Shown piece by piece: positions 1 through 9,778 of a stretch of DNA of 64,000 nucleotides. The position numbers were made by a program, and so were the translations under genes. The stretch is from positions 351 to 64,350 of the forward strand of contig JAFGLW010000010.1 of assembly GCA_016927905.1 (NCBI GenBank), in the 5' to 3' direction. Every line of letters starts with the position of its first letter. Positions within the stretch are counted from its first letter, which is position 1. Under the pieces are notes generated by a model, which did no database searches, was not told where the DNA came from, and was given only the letters and a program-made list of their open reading frames with translations. Source of the stretch: a candidate division CSSED10-310 bacterium. Its GTDB lineage: Bacteria > CSSED10-310 > JAFGJC01.

Positions 1-9
1 GGAAGAGTA

Positions 10-3000
10 ATGAAATCGAAATCCGTATGGGCAGTTATAACGTTTGCAGCCTTGATACTGATGATATCGGGTCCGGCCTGGGCGGGATCTCACGCCACAC
101 TGACCGTCAGAGCCGGGAGTGTGAATCCGGCGGCACAGTCGGCGAATCCGGGCGCTGATGCTCTGAAGGCAAAACCGGGGCAGGATGCGCCGGGGGATCC
201 GATCGAGACATTCTCCATAAATTGGGCGAATTTTCCAATCGCGATGTGTTTTTATCCACTTGGCAATTATGTTCAGTTCGCTCATGAAGACACAATCAAT
301 ACCCCTTCACTGTTCAATGTCGACCGTGACATCCCGCATGCTGTTTTGAACAGCATCCAGTTTTCGGTCGTCAATCCGGGGTGGCCGATAGAGCTGGATA
401 GTAAAACCGGCGTCGATTACGACTACATGACTGACACGTTCTTCGGTGCCGATTATAACGGGGACCTCTCCAATAGGGACGACTATATCATTGAGTATGA
501 CACGACCGGTTTGATAATCAATGCCTGGGAAACCGACGGTGCCGGCAATGACAGTTCCGACGGATCGGCGGTCGATGAGGTATTGGATATCACGGTGGTT
601 CCCGGAGTTCCGAACCGTTATTTCGTTTCCAGTCTCAGCACGGCAGGCGTTGTGGAGATTTCACTGGTCCGGGCGGGCATGTGGGTCGATGACACGTGGA
701 GTACGATAACATCGTGGTCTGTCCCGGGCATATCGGCACCCGAAGGCATCGATTATGATTCGATAAACAATGTGCTGTACATCTCAGATAGAAGCTCGAC
801 GACAATCACTGTGACAGACCTGTCAGGCAGTTTCATCGGATCATTCAACTGCTCGTCGGGCCCCGCAGGTTTCAATACCGGTGTGACCTATATTGAAGGA
901 TCCGCTCCCCCGGAAATCTGGGTGGTGAATCCGTTTGATAATCAGTGCGTACGCTGTGAAGCGCTGGCACTGGAAACACCCACGCCAGGAACGCCCACCC
1001 TCACACCGACACCGATACCACCCACCTGGACTCCCACGGAAACCGCCACAGATATTCCGACTGAGACACCGACGGAGTTTCCCTCAGAGACACCGACGGA
1101 AGGACCCTCTGAAACACCTACGGAAATTCCCACTGATACACCGACCGAGATTCCAACTGAAACGCCCACGCCGTATGGCACACCCGGCCAGGATTGCAGC
1201 GTGCCGATCACCGTCAGTATTCCGGCGGATCTGCCATACAGCGATCTGAACCAGACCAACTGCGGGCTCCTGGATGACTATTACGATACCTGCCTGGGTT
1301 ATTACGACGGCGGGGAAGACATCATCTACAAGCTGGTCGTAACCGATCAGACCGATATCGAAATATCCCTGGATCCAAAGGATTCAGCCTGGACCGGCAT
1401 CGCTCTGGACGACACCTGCCCGCCGGGTGCTTCCTGCATCTCGGTGAGCACAAACTCGGGGGCGTCCCCGCACGGGCTGGAATGCATGCGGCTGGATCCG
1501 GGAACCTATTACATCATGATCGACACCTGGCCGTCTCCGGACTGCATTCCGGATTTCGATCTGACCATCACGGAATGTGAAATTCCGCCCACGCCAACTC
1601 CAGCATATTGCTGTGAGACAACAATCGACATCTATCCGTATTTCGAAAACCTGGATACCGGTATGGGCGCTTGGCTGAACAATTACCAGGATGATATGGA
1701 CTGGACCCGGTATTCCGGTTCGACCCCGTCCTCCGATACGGGGCCGGATGGCGACCATACAACCGGATCGGGGTATTACCTGTATCTCGAGACCAGTGAA
1801 TATTCACCCGGCGATATCGCCATTCTGGACGGGATCTGTTTTGACCTATCCACAATGTCCTATCCGGTGTTTTCTTTCTGGTTCCACATGTACGGCGCTA
1901 CCATGGGCGGACTCGGCGTTCAGGTGTCGGATGACAACTGCCAGAGCTGGGCCACGGAATGGCAGCTGGAGGGTGATCAGGGGAATGAGTGGCGGTATGC
2001 GGAAGTCGATCTGCGATACTACTCCGGAACCGTCGCGGTTCGGTTCATCGGTGTTCATGGATCCAGCTATACAGGCGACATGGCCATCGACGATATCGGG
2101 TTCCGGGAGCGGGATGCGTATTGCATCGAGCTGGACACCCTCTATACCGCCAAGAAGGGCGGACTGAACAGCGTCGTTGAATATGTTCTCGAAGCGACCA
2201 ACTGCGGGTACGAGGACGCGACATGGCTGCTGGATTATGACCTCAATAACTGGCCGGTCGAACTGACCGACCTGGCCGGAAACCCGATCAGCAGCATCGT
2301 TGTGAATTCGGGAGACACCGAATCGTTCCTGGCCAAGGTAACGACTCCCGACTGGTCCGGGCATGACAGCGTCGAGATCGGGATCTATCTCGCGGACGAT
2401 ATCGAGGATTCGGTTACCCTGACAACGACTTCTCTTTTGTATTTCGAGCCTTTCGAAGACGATCCCGCGCCCGGCTGGGTCATCGAAGGCGGCTGGGAAT
2501 GGGGTGCCGCCACGGCCAGCGCCGGCTGTTCCGGAGGTCAGGATCCCGATTACGATTCAACCGGGGAAGGCAATATCCTGGGTTACATGATCGGCGACTG
2601 CTACACCAACAGCATGCCATCCACGGAATGGGCGACCAGCCCGGTTCTGGATTTCACCGGGATGGTGGACATCCATCTGGTCTTTGACCGGTGGCTGGGT
2701 GTTGAGAACAACTCCTGGGATCACACCTATGTCGAAATCAGCACCGACGGTGTTAACTGGACGATCTTGTGGGAGAACGGTTCGACCAGCATCTATGACG
2801 ATGCCTGGCTGGACCAGGATTTCGACATATCGATGTACGCCGACGATGAACCGGCGGTCCAGATACGGTACGGGATGGGCCCGACCGATTCATCGGTCAT
2901 CTACTGCGGCTGGAACCTGGATGCGTTCGGATTTACCGGCGGCATTCCGGGGTATATCGACGGAACGGTCACCTGGGACGGGACGAATCCCATCGAAAGC

Positions 3001-6000
3001 GCCGCAGTCAGTGTGGACGGCACGGCGTATTCGACCCATACGCTCGCGGACGGAACCTACAACCTGACCGTTCTGCCGGGAACGTATGACATGACCGTCA
3101 CGGCGACCGGGTTCAACGACGGACATGCGGCGGGTGTGGTGGTCCAGGAATCCCTGATCACCACCGTCGATTTCGATCTGACCTATCCCGATATTGAAGT
3201 TCACCCGCATGCTTTCTCAGTCGAACTGGAATATGGCGAAACCACGCAGGAAACCTTGGTTGTCGGCAATGTCGGCACCGGAGATCTGGAGTTTTCACTG
3301 ACTTTTCAGGATACGACCGGATTCGATCTGCCGGCTGATTTCATCAAGAAGATCGAAGTCGCACAGGTGGATAGCGCTCGGATCCGCCCGGCGGTTCCGG
3401 CGGTTGATACAGCGGATGTGTCGCCCTTCGCCGGTGTGTTTCCACCCGGTCTGATACCGGGGGCGAACGACACCTGGGATATCCTGTATGATCTCGATAT
3501 TCAAAACCTCACAGCCGATGACCGGTTACTTGCTGTGGAAGCCGCATTCGGGAGCCTGTGGGTGACCGGTGCGGCTGGCAGCCAGAGTGCTCCGCCCAAT
3601 TACCTTTACGAAATATCCCTGGACGGATCGACTCTGATCAACACTTTTGAACAGGCGGCTTCGGCCGCCAGCGACTGGGGTTACCGGGATCTGGCATCCG
3701 ACGGCACATACCTTTACACGGGTTGCGGAAGCAGCTTTTACCAGATCGATCCAACCGACGGTTCGGTACAGGCGGAAGTGGTGCATTCTCTGGGAATCGT
3801 CATCCGGGCTCTGGCATACATTCCGGATAGTGACACATTCATCACTGCCGATTTCGACAGCGACATCATCGAGTTTTCGTTTAACGGTTCCACCGTGTCC
3901 GAAATCAGAAGGTTCAATTTCGGACTGGAAGGTCAGTACGGCATGGCCTATGACACTTTTTCCTCCGGCGGTCCGTTCCTGTGGATTCACGATCAGACAA
4001 TCAGTTCGACCCCGGCGTGCCATCTATACCAGGCGGATATCTCCATTCCGGGATCGGAAATACTGACCGGTGTCAATTACAATGTTCCTTACATGGGTTC
4101 GAATACCGGCGACCAGCTGGCGGGTGGCTTGTTTATTTCAACAAACTGGGTTCCCGGCAAGATCGTGATCGGCGGAATGGTCCAGGGAACAAACGATCGG
4201 GTGTTCGGTCTGGAGTGGGCGGATTGGGCTACCTGGTGCAGGTTCCAGCCCGTCGAGGGTGTCGTCCCGCCGCCTCCCGATCAGAACATGATCGAAATCA
4301 CCGTCACTTTCGATTCGAATGAGGTCGAAATGCCGGGTGAATACCATGGTAATATCATAATCGAGAGTAATGACGGTGACGAAAATCCGCTGCCGGTTCC
4401 GGTCACCATGCTGGTCACCGGCGGGGGAGACCTTCTGGGCACGGTGTATGACGACGGACGCGGGGTTGTTTCAGGTGCCGAGGTCACCGTCGTGGAGCTG
4501 GCGATGTCCCGGACAACAAACGATGAGGGGCAATACGAATTCCGGCAGATCTTTCCGGGTGATTACCACGTGACCTGCACGGCAGACGGATACAACGACG
4601 CCGATCCGGAATTTGTCACCGTCGCCGTCAATGAACAGACTGTCCTGGATTTTCACCTGACCTACCCTGAAATCGGTGTCATGCCGCCATTTACCGGCAA
4701 TACCCAGTCTCCCGATACAGTGGAAACCGATGATGATGCAGTAACCATCACCAATCTTGGCACCGGACCACTCACGTGGAGTTCCAGCGTCACGTACCTG
4801 GAGGCTTTGGGGGATGACAACCGGAATGCCACGCTGCTGCTGGTTACGCCGGATGTGGCGGGTTCCGGAGACATTTCCCTTCTGACCGATATACTGGATG
4901 GTTTCACCGATGTAACATGGACGTTGTGGGACGGGATGTCGGGCACCCCCACTCTAACCGATATGCAGATGTACGATATCGTATTTGTTGGCAATGACAT
5001 TTTATGGAGTTCCTCGGCCATCGATCCAGTCACGCTATCCAACAACCTGGCCGATTACATCGATTCGGGGGGTGGGGTGATCGCATCGAACTTTGTCTGG
5101 AGTTACGACAGCTGGGGATTGCTGAGCGGTCGGTTTATGACCGAGGATTACAGCCCGTTTGAAATAGCATCCACCGATTACTGGGATCCGGATTCACTCG
5201 GAGCAAACGATCCGACGCATCCGCTGATGCAGGGCATCACCGATATCACCGACAACTTCGGGCAACAGGACATGGCATTAAGCTCCAATGGCACTTGGGT
5301 AGCCAGCTGGAACATCACCGGCGAAAACATGATTGCAGTCTCGCCCCATTGTGTCGGGATCAATCAGGAGTTGTTCCACAATGCGGATTTCGGGGGAGAT
5401 GTCGATACGCTGCTTCACAACGCAATTCTCTACTTGTCCGGTTCCCAGGATGGCTGGTTATCCACGAACCCGTCGGAGGGTATCGTTCAAGGCGGGGAAA
5501 CCCAGATGCTGGATCTGATCTATAATTCTAACGGGCTGGAAATTGGCGAATATATGGCCGAACTCCATATTTTGAGCGATGACGGCGACGAACCCGATCT
5601 GTTTGTCCAGGTCATGCTTCGCGTTTTGGAAGTGACACCCACTCCGACCGAGGTTCCGCCCACCACCACTCCGACCGAAGTTCCGCCCACCACCACTCCG
5701 ACCGAGGTTCCACCCACCAATACTCCGGTTCCGCCCACCACCACTCCGACCGAGGTTCCACCCACCACCACTCCGTCTCCATTGCCTACCAATACACCGA
5801 TGCTGCCGACTGAAACGCCGCCGCCCCCGCCGACTGATACGCCCGTTCCACCCACCGAAACTCCCGGATGCGATGAAATGGGTGCGGACATCCATATGCC
5901 GTCCAACTACTTCATGCCTGGAGACATTTGCCTGGTCGATCTGCATCTGTGCAACACGGAGGATTCCATGATGACGGATATCCCCGTGTTCCTTGCCCTA

Positions 6001-6228
6001 GACATATATGGTAATTACTGGTTCTGGCCTTCCTGGTCAGTCCTGCCGGATTGGGCCGTATTGGATATTCAATCGGGATTGACAGTTATTCACGCCATAA
6101 CGGAATTTAATTGGCCCTACTATCAGCAGCAAGCTTCCGGTATCCTGTTCTACGCCGCCATGCTGAATCAGGAAATGAGTGAACTCATCGGCGCGATGGG
6201 CATGTTCGAATTCGGCTGGGGATACTGA
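10..6228 (+). CDS. Giant secreted multidomain surface protein (signal peptide, propeller-like region, Pro/Thr linker, MAM domain, adhesin-like beta-sandwich, two carboxypeptidase-regulatory-like repeats, Pro/Thr linker, shared C-terminal domain)
   Basis: 2072-aa ORF with signal peptide ending AWA. MAM motifs DWTRYSGSTPSSDTGPDGDHTTGSGYYLYLETS, FWFHMYG and GDMAIDDI. Two GTV...A.V.V...T...G.Y...PG.Y..T.TA.G[FY] repeats. Very acidic. Confidence 0.85.
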   Translation: MKSKSVWAVITFAALILMISGPAWAGSHATLTVRAGSVNPAAQSANPGADALKAKPGQDAPGDPIETFSINWANFPIAMCFYPLGNYVQFAHEDTINTPSLFNVDRDIPHAVLNSIQFSVVNPGWPIELDSKTGVDYDYMTDTFFGADYNGDLSNRDDYIIEYDTTGLIINAWETDGAGNDSSDGSAVDEVLDITVVPGVPNRYFVSSLSTAGVVEISLVRAGMWVDDTWSTITSWSVPGISAPEGIDYDSINNVLYISDRSSTTITVTDLSGSFIGSFNCSSGPAGFNTGVTYIEGSAPPEIWVVNPFDNQCVRCEALALETPTPGTPTLTPTPIPPTWTPTETATDIPTETPTEFPSETPTEGPSETPTEIPTDTPTEIPTETPTPYGTPGQDCSVPITVSIPADLPYSDLNQTNCGLLDDYYDTCLGYYDGGEDIIYKLVVTDQTDIEISLDPKDSAWTGIALDDTCPPGASCISVSTNSGASPHGLECMRLDPGTYYIMIDTWPSPDCIPDFDLTITECEIPPTPTPAYCCETTIDIYPYFENLDTGMGAWLNNYQDDMDWTRYSGSTPSSDTGPDGDHTTGSGYYLYLETSEYSPGDIAILDGICFDLSTMSYPVFSFWFHMYGATMGGLGVQVSDDNCQSWATEWQLEGDQGNEWRYAEVDLRYYSGTVAVRFIGVHGSSYTGDMAIDDIGFRERDAYCIELDTLYTAKKGGLNSVVEYVLEATNCGYEDATWLLDYDLNNWPVELTDLAGNPISSIVVNSGDTESFLAKVTTPDWSGHDSVEIGIYLADDIEDSVTLTTTSLLYFEPFEDDPAPGWVIEGGWEWGAATASAGCSGGQDPDYDSTGEGNILGYMIGDCYTNSMPSTEWATSPVLDFTGMVDIHLVFDRWLGVENNSWDHTYVEISTDGVNWTILWENGSTSIYDDAWLDQDFDISMYADDEPAVQIRYGMGPTDSSVIYCGWNLDAFGFTGGIPGYIDGTVTWDGTNPIESAAVSVDGTAYSTHTLADGTYNLTVLPGTYDMTVTATGFNDGHAAGVVVQESLITTVDFDLTYPDIEVHPHAFSVELEYGETTQETLVVGNVGTGDLEFSLTFQDTTGFDLPADFIKKIEVAQVDSARIRPAVPAVDTADVSPFAGVFPPGLIPGANDTWDILYDLDIQNLTADDRLLAVEAAFGSLWVTGAAGSQSAPPNYLYEISLDGSTLINTFEQAASAASDWGYRDLASDGTYLYTGCGSSFYQIDPTDGSVQAEVVHSLGIVIRALAYIPDSDTFITADFDSDIIEFSFNGSTVSEIRRFNFGLEGQYGMAYDTFSSGGPFLWIHDQTISSTPACHLYQADISIPGSEILTGVNYNVPYMGSNTGDQLAGGLFISTNWVPGKIVIGGMVQGTNDRVFGLEWADWATWCRFQPVEGVVPPPPDQNMIEITVTFDSNEVEMPGEYHGNIIIESNDGDENPLPVPVTMLVTGGGDLLGTVYDDGRGVVSGAEVTVVELAMSRTTNDEGQYEFRQIFPGDYHVTCTADGYNDADPEFVTVAVNEQTVLDFHLTYPEIGVMPPFTGNTQSPDTVETDDDAVTITNLGTGPLTWSSSVTYLEALGDDNRNATLLLVTPDVAGSGDISLLTDILDGFTDVTWTLWDGMSGTPTLTDMQMYDIVFVGNDILWSSSAIDPVTLSNNLADYIDSGGGVIASNFVWSYDSWGLLSGRFMTEDYSPFEIASTDYWDPDSLGANDPTHPLMQGITDITDNFGQQDMALSSNGTWVASWNITGENMIAVSPHCVGINQELFHNADFGGDVDTLLHNAILYLSGSQDGWLSTNPSEGIVQGGETQMLDLIYNSNGLEIGEYMAELHILSDDGDEPDLFVQVMLRVLEVTPTPTEVPPTTTPTEVPPTTTPTEVPPTNTPVPPTTTPTEVPPTTTPSPLPTNTPMLPTETPPPPPTDTPVPPTETPGCDEMGADIHMPSNYFMPGDICLVDLHLCNTEDSMMTDIPVFLALDIYGNYWFWPSWSVLPDWAVLDIQSGLTVIHAITEFNWPYYQQQASGILFYAAMLNQEMSELIGAMGMFEFGWGY
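1050..1172 (+). repeat. Degenerate 24-bp tandem repeat encoding a ([DE]xP[ST][ED]TPT)n linker
   Basis: Protein reads DIPTETPT-EFPSETPT-EGPSETPT-EIPTDTPT-EIPTETPT. Confidence 0.75.
5641..5772 (+). repeat. 27-bp tandem repeat encoding TPTEVPPTT (about 4 full copies plus one shortened copy)
   Basis: ACTCCGACCGA[GA]GTTCC[GA]CCCACCA[CA][CT] repeated with few mismatches. Confidence 0.85.
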
Positions 6229-6269
6229 CACCGTCCGGTTGTCTCCGGATAACCGGATCGATTGAATCC

Positions 6270-6304
6270 ACCGGGTGGATCGGTAAATCCGCCCGGTTTT
6301 TTTA
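6270..6304 (+). terminator. Rho-independent terminator between two convergent genes
   Basis: Stem CCGGGTGGAT/ATCCGCCCGG (one G-U pair), 6-nt loop, then TTTTTTT. A second hairpin TCCGGTTGTC/GATAACCGGA lies at 6234-6257. Confidence 0.75.
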
Positions 6305-9300
6305 TTATTTTGCGTCGTAGGCGAAACTGCAGAACGAATAATCACATGCCAGTTCGGCTGTTTCCGGTTTCAACAGGGCAGCCCAGAAAATCAGTCCGGA
6401 AGCCGAACCCGTGTTCCCTGGCCAGATGAATTCCAGGATGGTCTGCACCATGGTTTCAGATCCAGGGATGTTTACCGGCTGCCAGTCAATCCCTTCGCTC
6501 CAGCCGGGCCAGAACCAGTACTGGCCGAACACGTCCAACAAAATGTACTCATCCAGCAGAATGGTTGGACCGCCGTTTTGGATTGTATTCGTCAACCGGA
6601 ACAAATCGCCTGTGCGGTACAGGTCCTGATTCGTTTGGATGGTGAGAACCAGATGAGGTGGTCCCGGGGGTGTGGCGGTGGAGGTGGGATAACCGGGTGT
6701 ATCGGTGGATTCGGGGGTCGGAGATTGACTGCCGGAAGTCGGTGTGACAGTTGGAATTGCCGTGTTGTCCGGAGTTGGTGTGATGGAAGGTAAAACAGTG
6801 TAGGTGGTCGGCGGCGTATTGGTCGGCGGCACTGTGGGTGATCCAGGTGGTGAAGTGGAAGTAGGCGATGCAGGAGTGTGGGTGGGTCCGGTGGGTGTCG
6901 AGGACGGTGATACGGGCGTATCGGTGGGCGGTGGTTGTGTGACCGTGGGCGATGTTCCGGCAGTCGGAGTGGGATCCGGTGTGGTCGGCAGCGTGATCAG
7001 ATCCGAATAAATATCCGAATCGCCTTCACGGTCCGTACACCAGACCGTTCGTGCAGTGTCGGAACCGGACTGGATCAAGTCCATGTATTGGTCCCGGCCG
7101 CTGGAGTTTTCCAGGATTTGAATCGACCAGGTTCCCTCAGGCTGGCGAACCGCAAGCTTCAGAATCTGATCGTTTCCACGCGTGTAAAAACCGATCACCG
7201 GCGAATCGGAATTCACTAAAATCCGCGGATGCAGTTCCAGGTCCGGCGTTTCGGTGATGAGTTCGGGGGTGCCCCATCCGGTACCGTCAAAATGAACTGC
7301 CGCCAGATCGCTGTTGCCGGACAGGTCGGTCAGATATGCAATCCATCGCCGGTCTCCGATTGCCGCGATGGAAGAATCGGTATCGTTAGTGTCCTGGGAG
7401 GAGACATATTCGGGAGAACTCCAGGATCCGTCGAATCGCCTGAAGACGACATCCCATTTACCCCGCTCCCGGGAGGTATATGTCAGGAGCAGGTTGCCGT
7501 CATCATTACAAATCAGCTGCGGATCAACGTCATCACAGTCTGTCACCGTGATGGACTGCGGAGTGGACCAGGTGGAGCCGGTTCCCTGAGACCAGTACAG
7601 ATCGGCATCCAGATCCCGCCAACTCTGCCACACCACGTGCATGGTTCCATCTCGTTCCGCCGCGGCGGGCTGAACGTCGTACCCGATCTCGGACTGGATG
7701 ACCTGGGGTGTGGTCCAGGACGTGCCGGTCCAGCGTGCGCAATAGATATCGTAATTGTATATGGCATAGGTAAACCGGGCGAAAAATATCCAGATGTCGC
7801 CGTTGCTCCGGTATAGCAGGGCGGGATTGACTTCCCAATATTCGTAAGGATACACCTGAACCTGGCCGCTCCAGCCGGAACCGTCGTGGAAATTCGTACA
7901 GATGCTCGATCGGCCGTCAATACCACTCATCCAGGCGCACATGACTGTTTCGGATTGCGTGCCAAGCAGCACTGGATTACCGTCGGAGTAGGCACATGAA
8001 GATATTGACGCACCCCGACCCGGATCCGTTCGAGCGTTATCCGGATTTTCCGGGTGACGCTCTCCGATGGATCGATCGGATTGATTGACCTGGAGTGTCG
8101 GGTCGCCCAGGACCGACATTCCGTAAAACCATGACCTTTCCGAATAGCTGAATCCGCCCGAAGCCTGTGCCTGGAACCATTCCAGAAAAGCCCGGCCGAA
8201 ACAATCACCGGATCCGAGAGGTCCGTAGAAATCCTGAAACTCAAGCATACTGCCGGTCTTGGTGCTGCCCACCACTGCCAATCCGTAATCGTCCTGGAAA
8301 ATATAGTAGTTGCCGATGTTGTCCAGTTCGACGAACCGTGTGTTGGAACAGGCGAACAGATTATAGAAAAAGGCATGGGGTTCCATCATGTCCAGATCGT
8401 AGTTGAAAAAGCAGCCGCCATAACCGCTGCCTATCCGGAAAGTGTGAGCCCACGGGCAGGAATGCGCCATCAGATGTATGAATTCGTAACCGGTCTGAAG
8501 CTGATTCCGGTAGTTGGGTGCGGTTGTTTCATTGCTGGAGTTGATGGTGGTTACATTGTCGTAAACCAAGGTCAGACTGGAGCTGCCGTAACCGGACCAA
8601 TCGTCGTCGACGAATGCCAGCCCGCGTTTCGGCACCGACAATGCGCCGGTCCGGTAAGCATGATTTTTCTGGAAATAATTCTGTAGCAGCGTGATTTCAC
8701 TCGATCTGAGATAAGATGATGCGTCGATCCGCCCAATCCATATTTCGGGGGAAACGTTGCCGGAATGAGCGTCCCAGAGTCCATCGCCATCCGAATCGCT
8801 CCAGGTGCCGTCCAGATCCATAAAATAGAGATCGATCGGAAACTCCTCGTCGTCCATCTCGTACCATGCCACCGGTGATTCCCCGATCAGAACCGCTCCC
8901 ACCAGCCCTTCGCCGGTCAAACCCTGCAGAGCAGTTTTCAATCCTGCGGCGGTCAATCCGCTGAATTCGATCAGGTCGGTGTCGTACCCGTCCCCGGTCA
9001 GGTCGGCAATATAGCCGTCGAGGGAATCCTGGAGACTTCCGGATATATTCTGGTTCACGAACAGGGCGACATAGGGGTAGGTATCTTGTCGCGTCCGGCA
9101 GGCCGAATCCGGAGCAGGATGAAAAACCGAACGGTGAATCCGGATCGGTTCCGGTTGACCGGTCCGGATCAGATAATCCATCCGGCTGATCGGCAGCCGG
9201 CCGAATGGATCCGTATACTGGAGTTTGACAGCGGTATCCACCTCATTCTGAGCGGATGAATAATTGATGGTGCCCGCCAGAATCAGGCAGATCGTTAATG

Positions 9301-9325
9301 CAAGCCAGATTTCCGTTCGCTTCAT
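6305..9325 (-). CDS. Secreted peptidase C25 (gingipain-like) with propeller/BNR-like repeats, Pro/Thr linker and shared C-terminal domain
   Basis: Signal peptide. C25-like motifs GAVLIGESPV, DLYFMDLDG, PEIWIGRI, HLMAHS (candidate His), NLFACS (candidate Cys), GLAVVGST and VLGDPTL. Repeated WSxP/DIY units in the middle region. Confidence 0.75.
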   Translation of the reverse strand: MKRTEIWLALTICLILAGTINYSSAQNEVDTAVKLQYTDPFGRLPISRMDYLIRTGQPEPIRIHRSVFHPAPDSACRTRQDTYPYVALFVNQNISGSLQDSLDGYIADLTGDGYDTDLIEFSGLTAAGLKTALQGLTGEGLVGAVLIGESPVAWYEMDDEEFPIDLYFMDLDGTWSDSDGDGLWDAHSGNVSPEIWIGRIDASSYLRSSEITLLQNYFQKNHAYRTGALSVPKRGLAFVDDDWSGYGSSSLTLVYDNVTTINSSNETTAPNYRNQLQTGYEFIHLMAHSCPWAHTFRIGSGYGGCFFNYDLDMMEPHAFFYNLFACSNTRFVELDNIGNYYIFQDDYGLAVVGSTKTGSMLEFQDFYGPLGSGDCFGRAFLEWFQAQASGGFSYSERSWFYGMSVLGDPTLQVNQSDRSIGERHPENPDNARTDPGRGASISSCAYSDGNPVLLGTQSETVMCAWMSGIDGRSSICTNFHDGSGWSGQVQVYPYEYWEVNPALLYRSNGDIWIFFARFTYAIYNYDIYCARWTGTSWTTPQVIQSEIGYDVQPAAAERDGTMHVVWQSWRDLDADLYWSQGTGSTWSTPQSITVTDCDDVDPQLICNDDGNLLLTYTSRERGKWDVVFRRFDGSWSSPEYVSSQDTNDTDSSIAAIGDRRWIAYLTDLSGNSDLAAVHFDGTGWGTPELITETPDLELHPRILVNSDSPVIGFYTRGNDQILKLAVRQPEGTWSIQILENSSGRDQYMDLIQSGSDTARTVWCTDREGDSDIYSDLITLPTTPDPTPTAGTSPTVTQPPPTDTPVSPSSTPTGPTHTPASPTSTSPPGSPTVPPTNTPPTTYTVLPSITPTPDNTAIPTVTPTSGSQSPTPESTDTPGYPTSTATPPGPPHLVLTIQTNQDLYRTGDLFRLTNTIQNGGPTILLDEYILLDVFGQYWFWPGWSEGIDWQPVNIPGSETMVQTILEFIWPGNTGSASGLIFWAALLKPETAELACDYSFCSFAYDAK

Positions 9326-9693
9326 AATCCCCTACCGTTCCGATTCAGGTTTCACGTTCATAATAATACTCCTGCAGTTTATTTTATGCCAATCCGTTCG
9401 GTTAATTTCGATCGATATATATGGATGAGGACCGGAAATTCTGGACGGGTCGGTTTGGAATCGCCCTGTGCGATGGTTCCGGGCCGCGCCGGTAAAAATG
9501 TTTGGATTGATTTTCTAATTTTGTTGAAAGATAATAAAAATATGGCGTTCAAATCAATTTTTTCCCGATATAATTTCGATCCGGCGAATCGGATTCACGA
9601 ACGTATTTCAGATATAATTATTTAAGGTTTTCCCTGCCGGGATGGAATGGTCAGATACCAGTCTTCCCGGAACGGGTATTATGCCTTGCGAGG

Positions 9694-9723
9694 TTGACGT
9701 TGAAAACAACTTGCTGATAGATT
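9694..9723 (+). promoter_or_regulatory. Putative sigma70 promoter of the ileS operon
   Basis: TTGACG-N18-TAGATT with TG extended -10, about 55 bp upstream of the ATG. Confidence 0.45.
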
Positions 9724-9778
9724 CATCCAATTGCCGGGATGCCCGGCGGAGTTTTGACTCTTTTGATGGAGACAGACC

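Noticed and set aside
5641-5772. Regular repeats as a CRISPR array
   Set aside because: Contiguous in-frame coding repeats without unique spacers; no cas genes in the window
9326-9778. Long AT-rich leader upstream of ileS as a T-box riboswitch or ncRNA
   Set aside because: No T-box consensus (GGTGGNACC) or terminator/antiterminator seen; the best promoter lies only about 55 bp from the start. It is a divergent promoter region.
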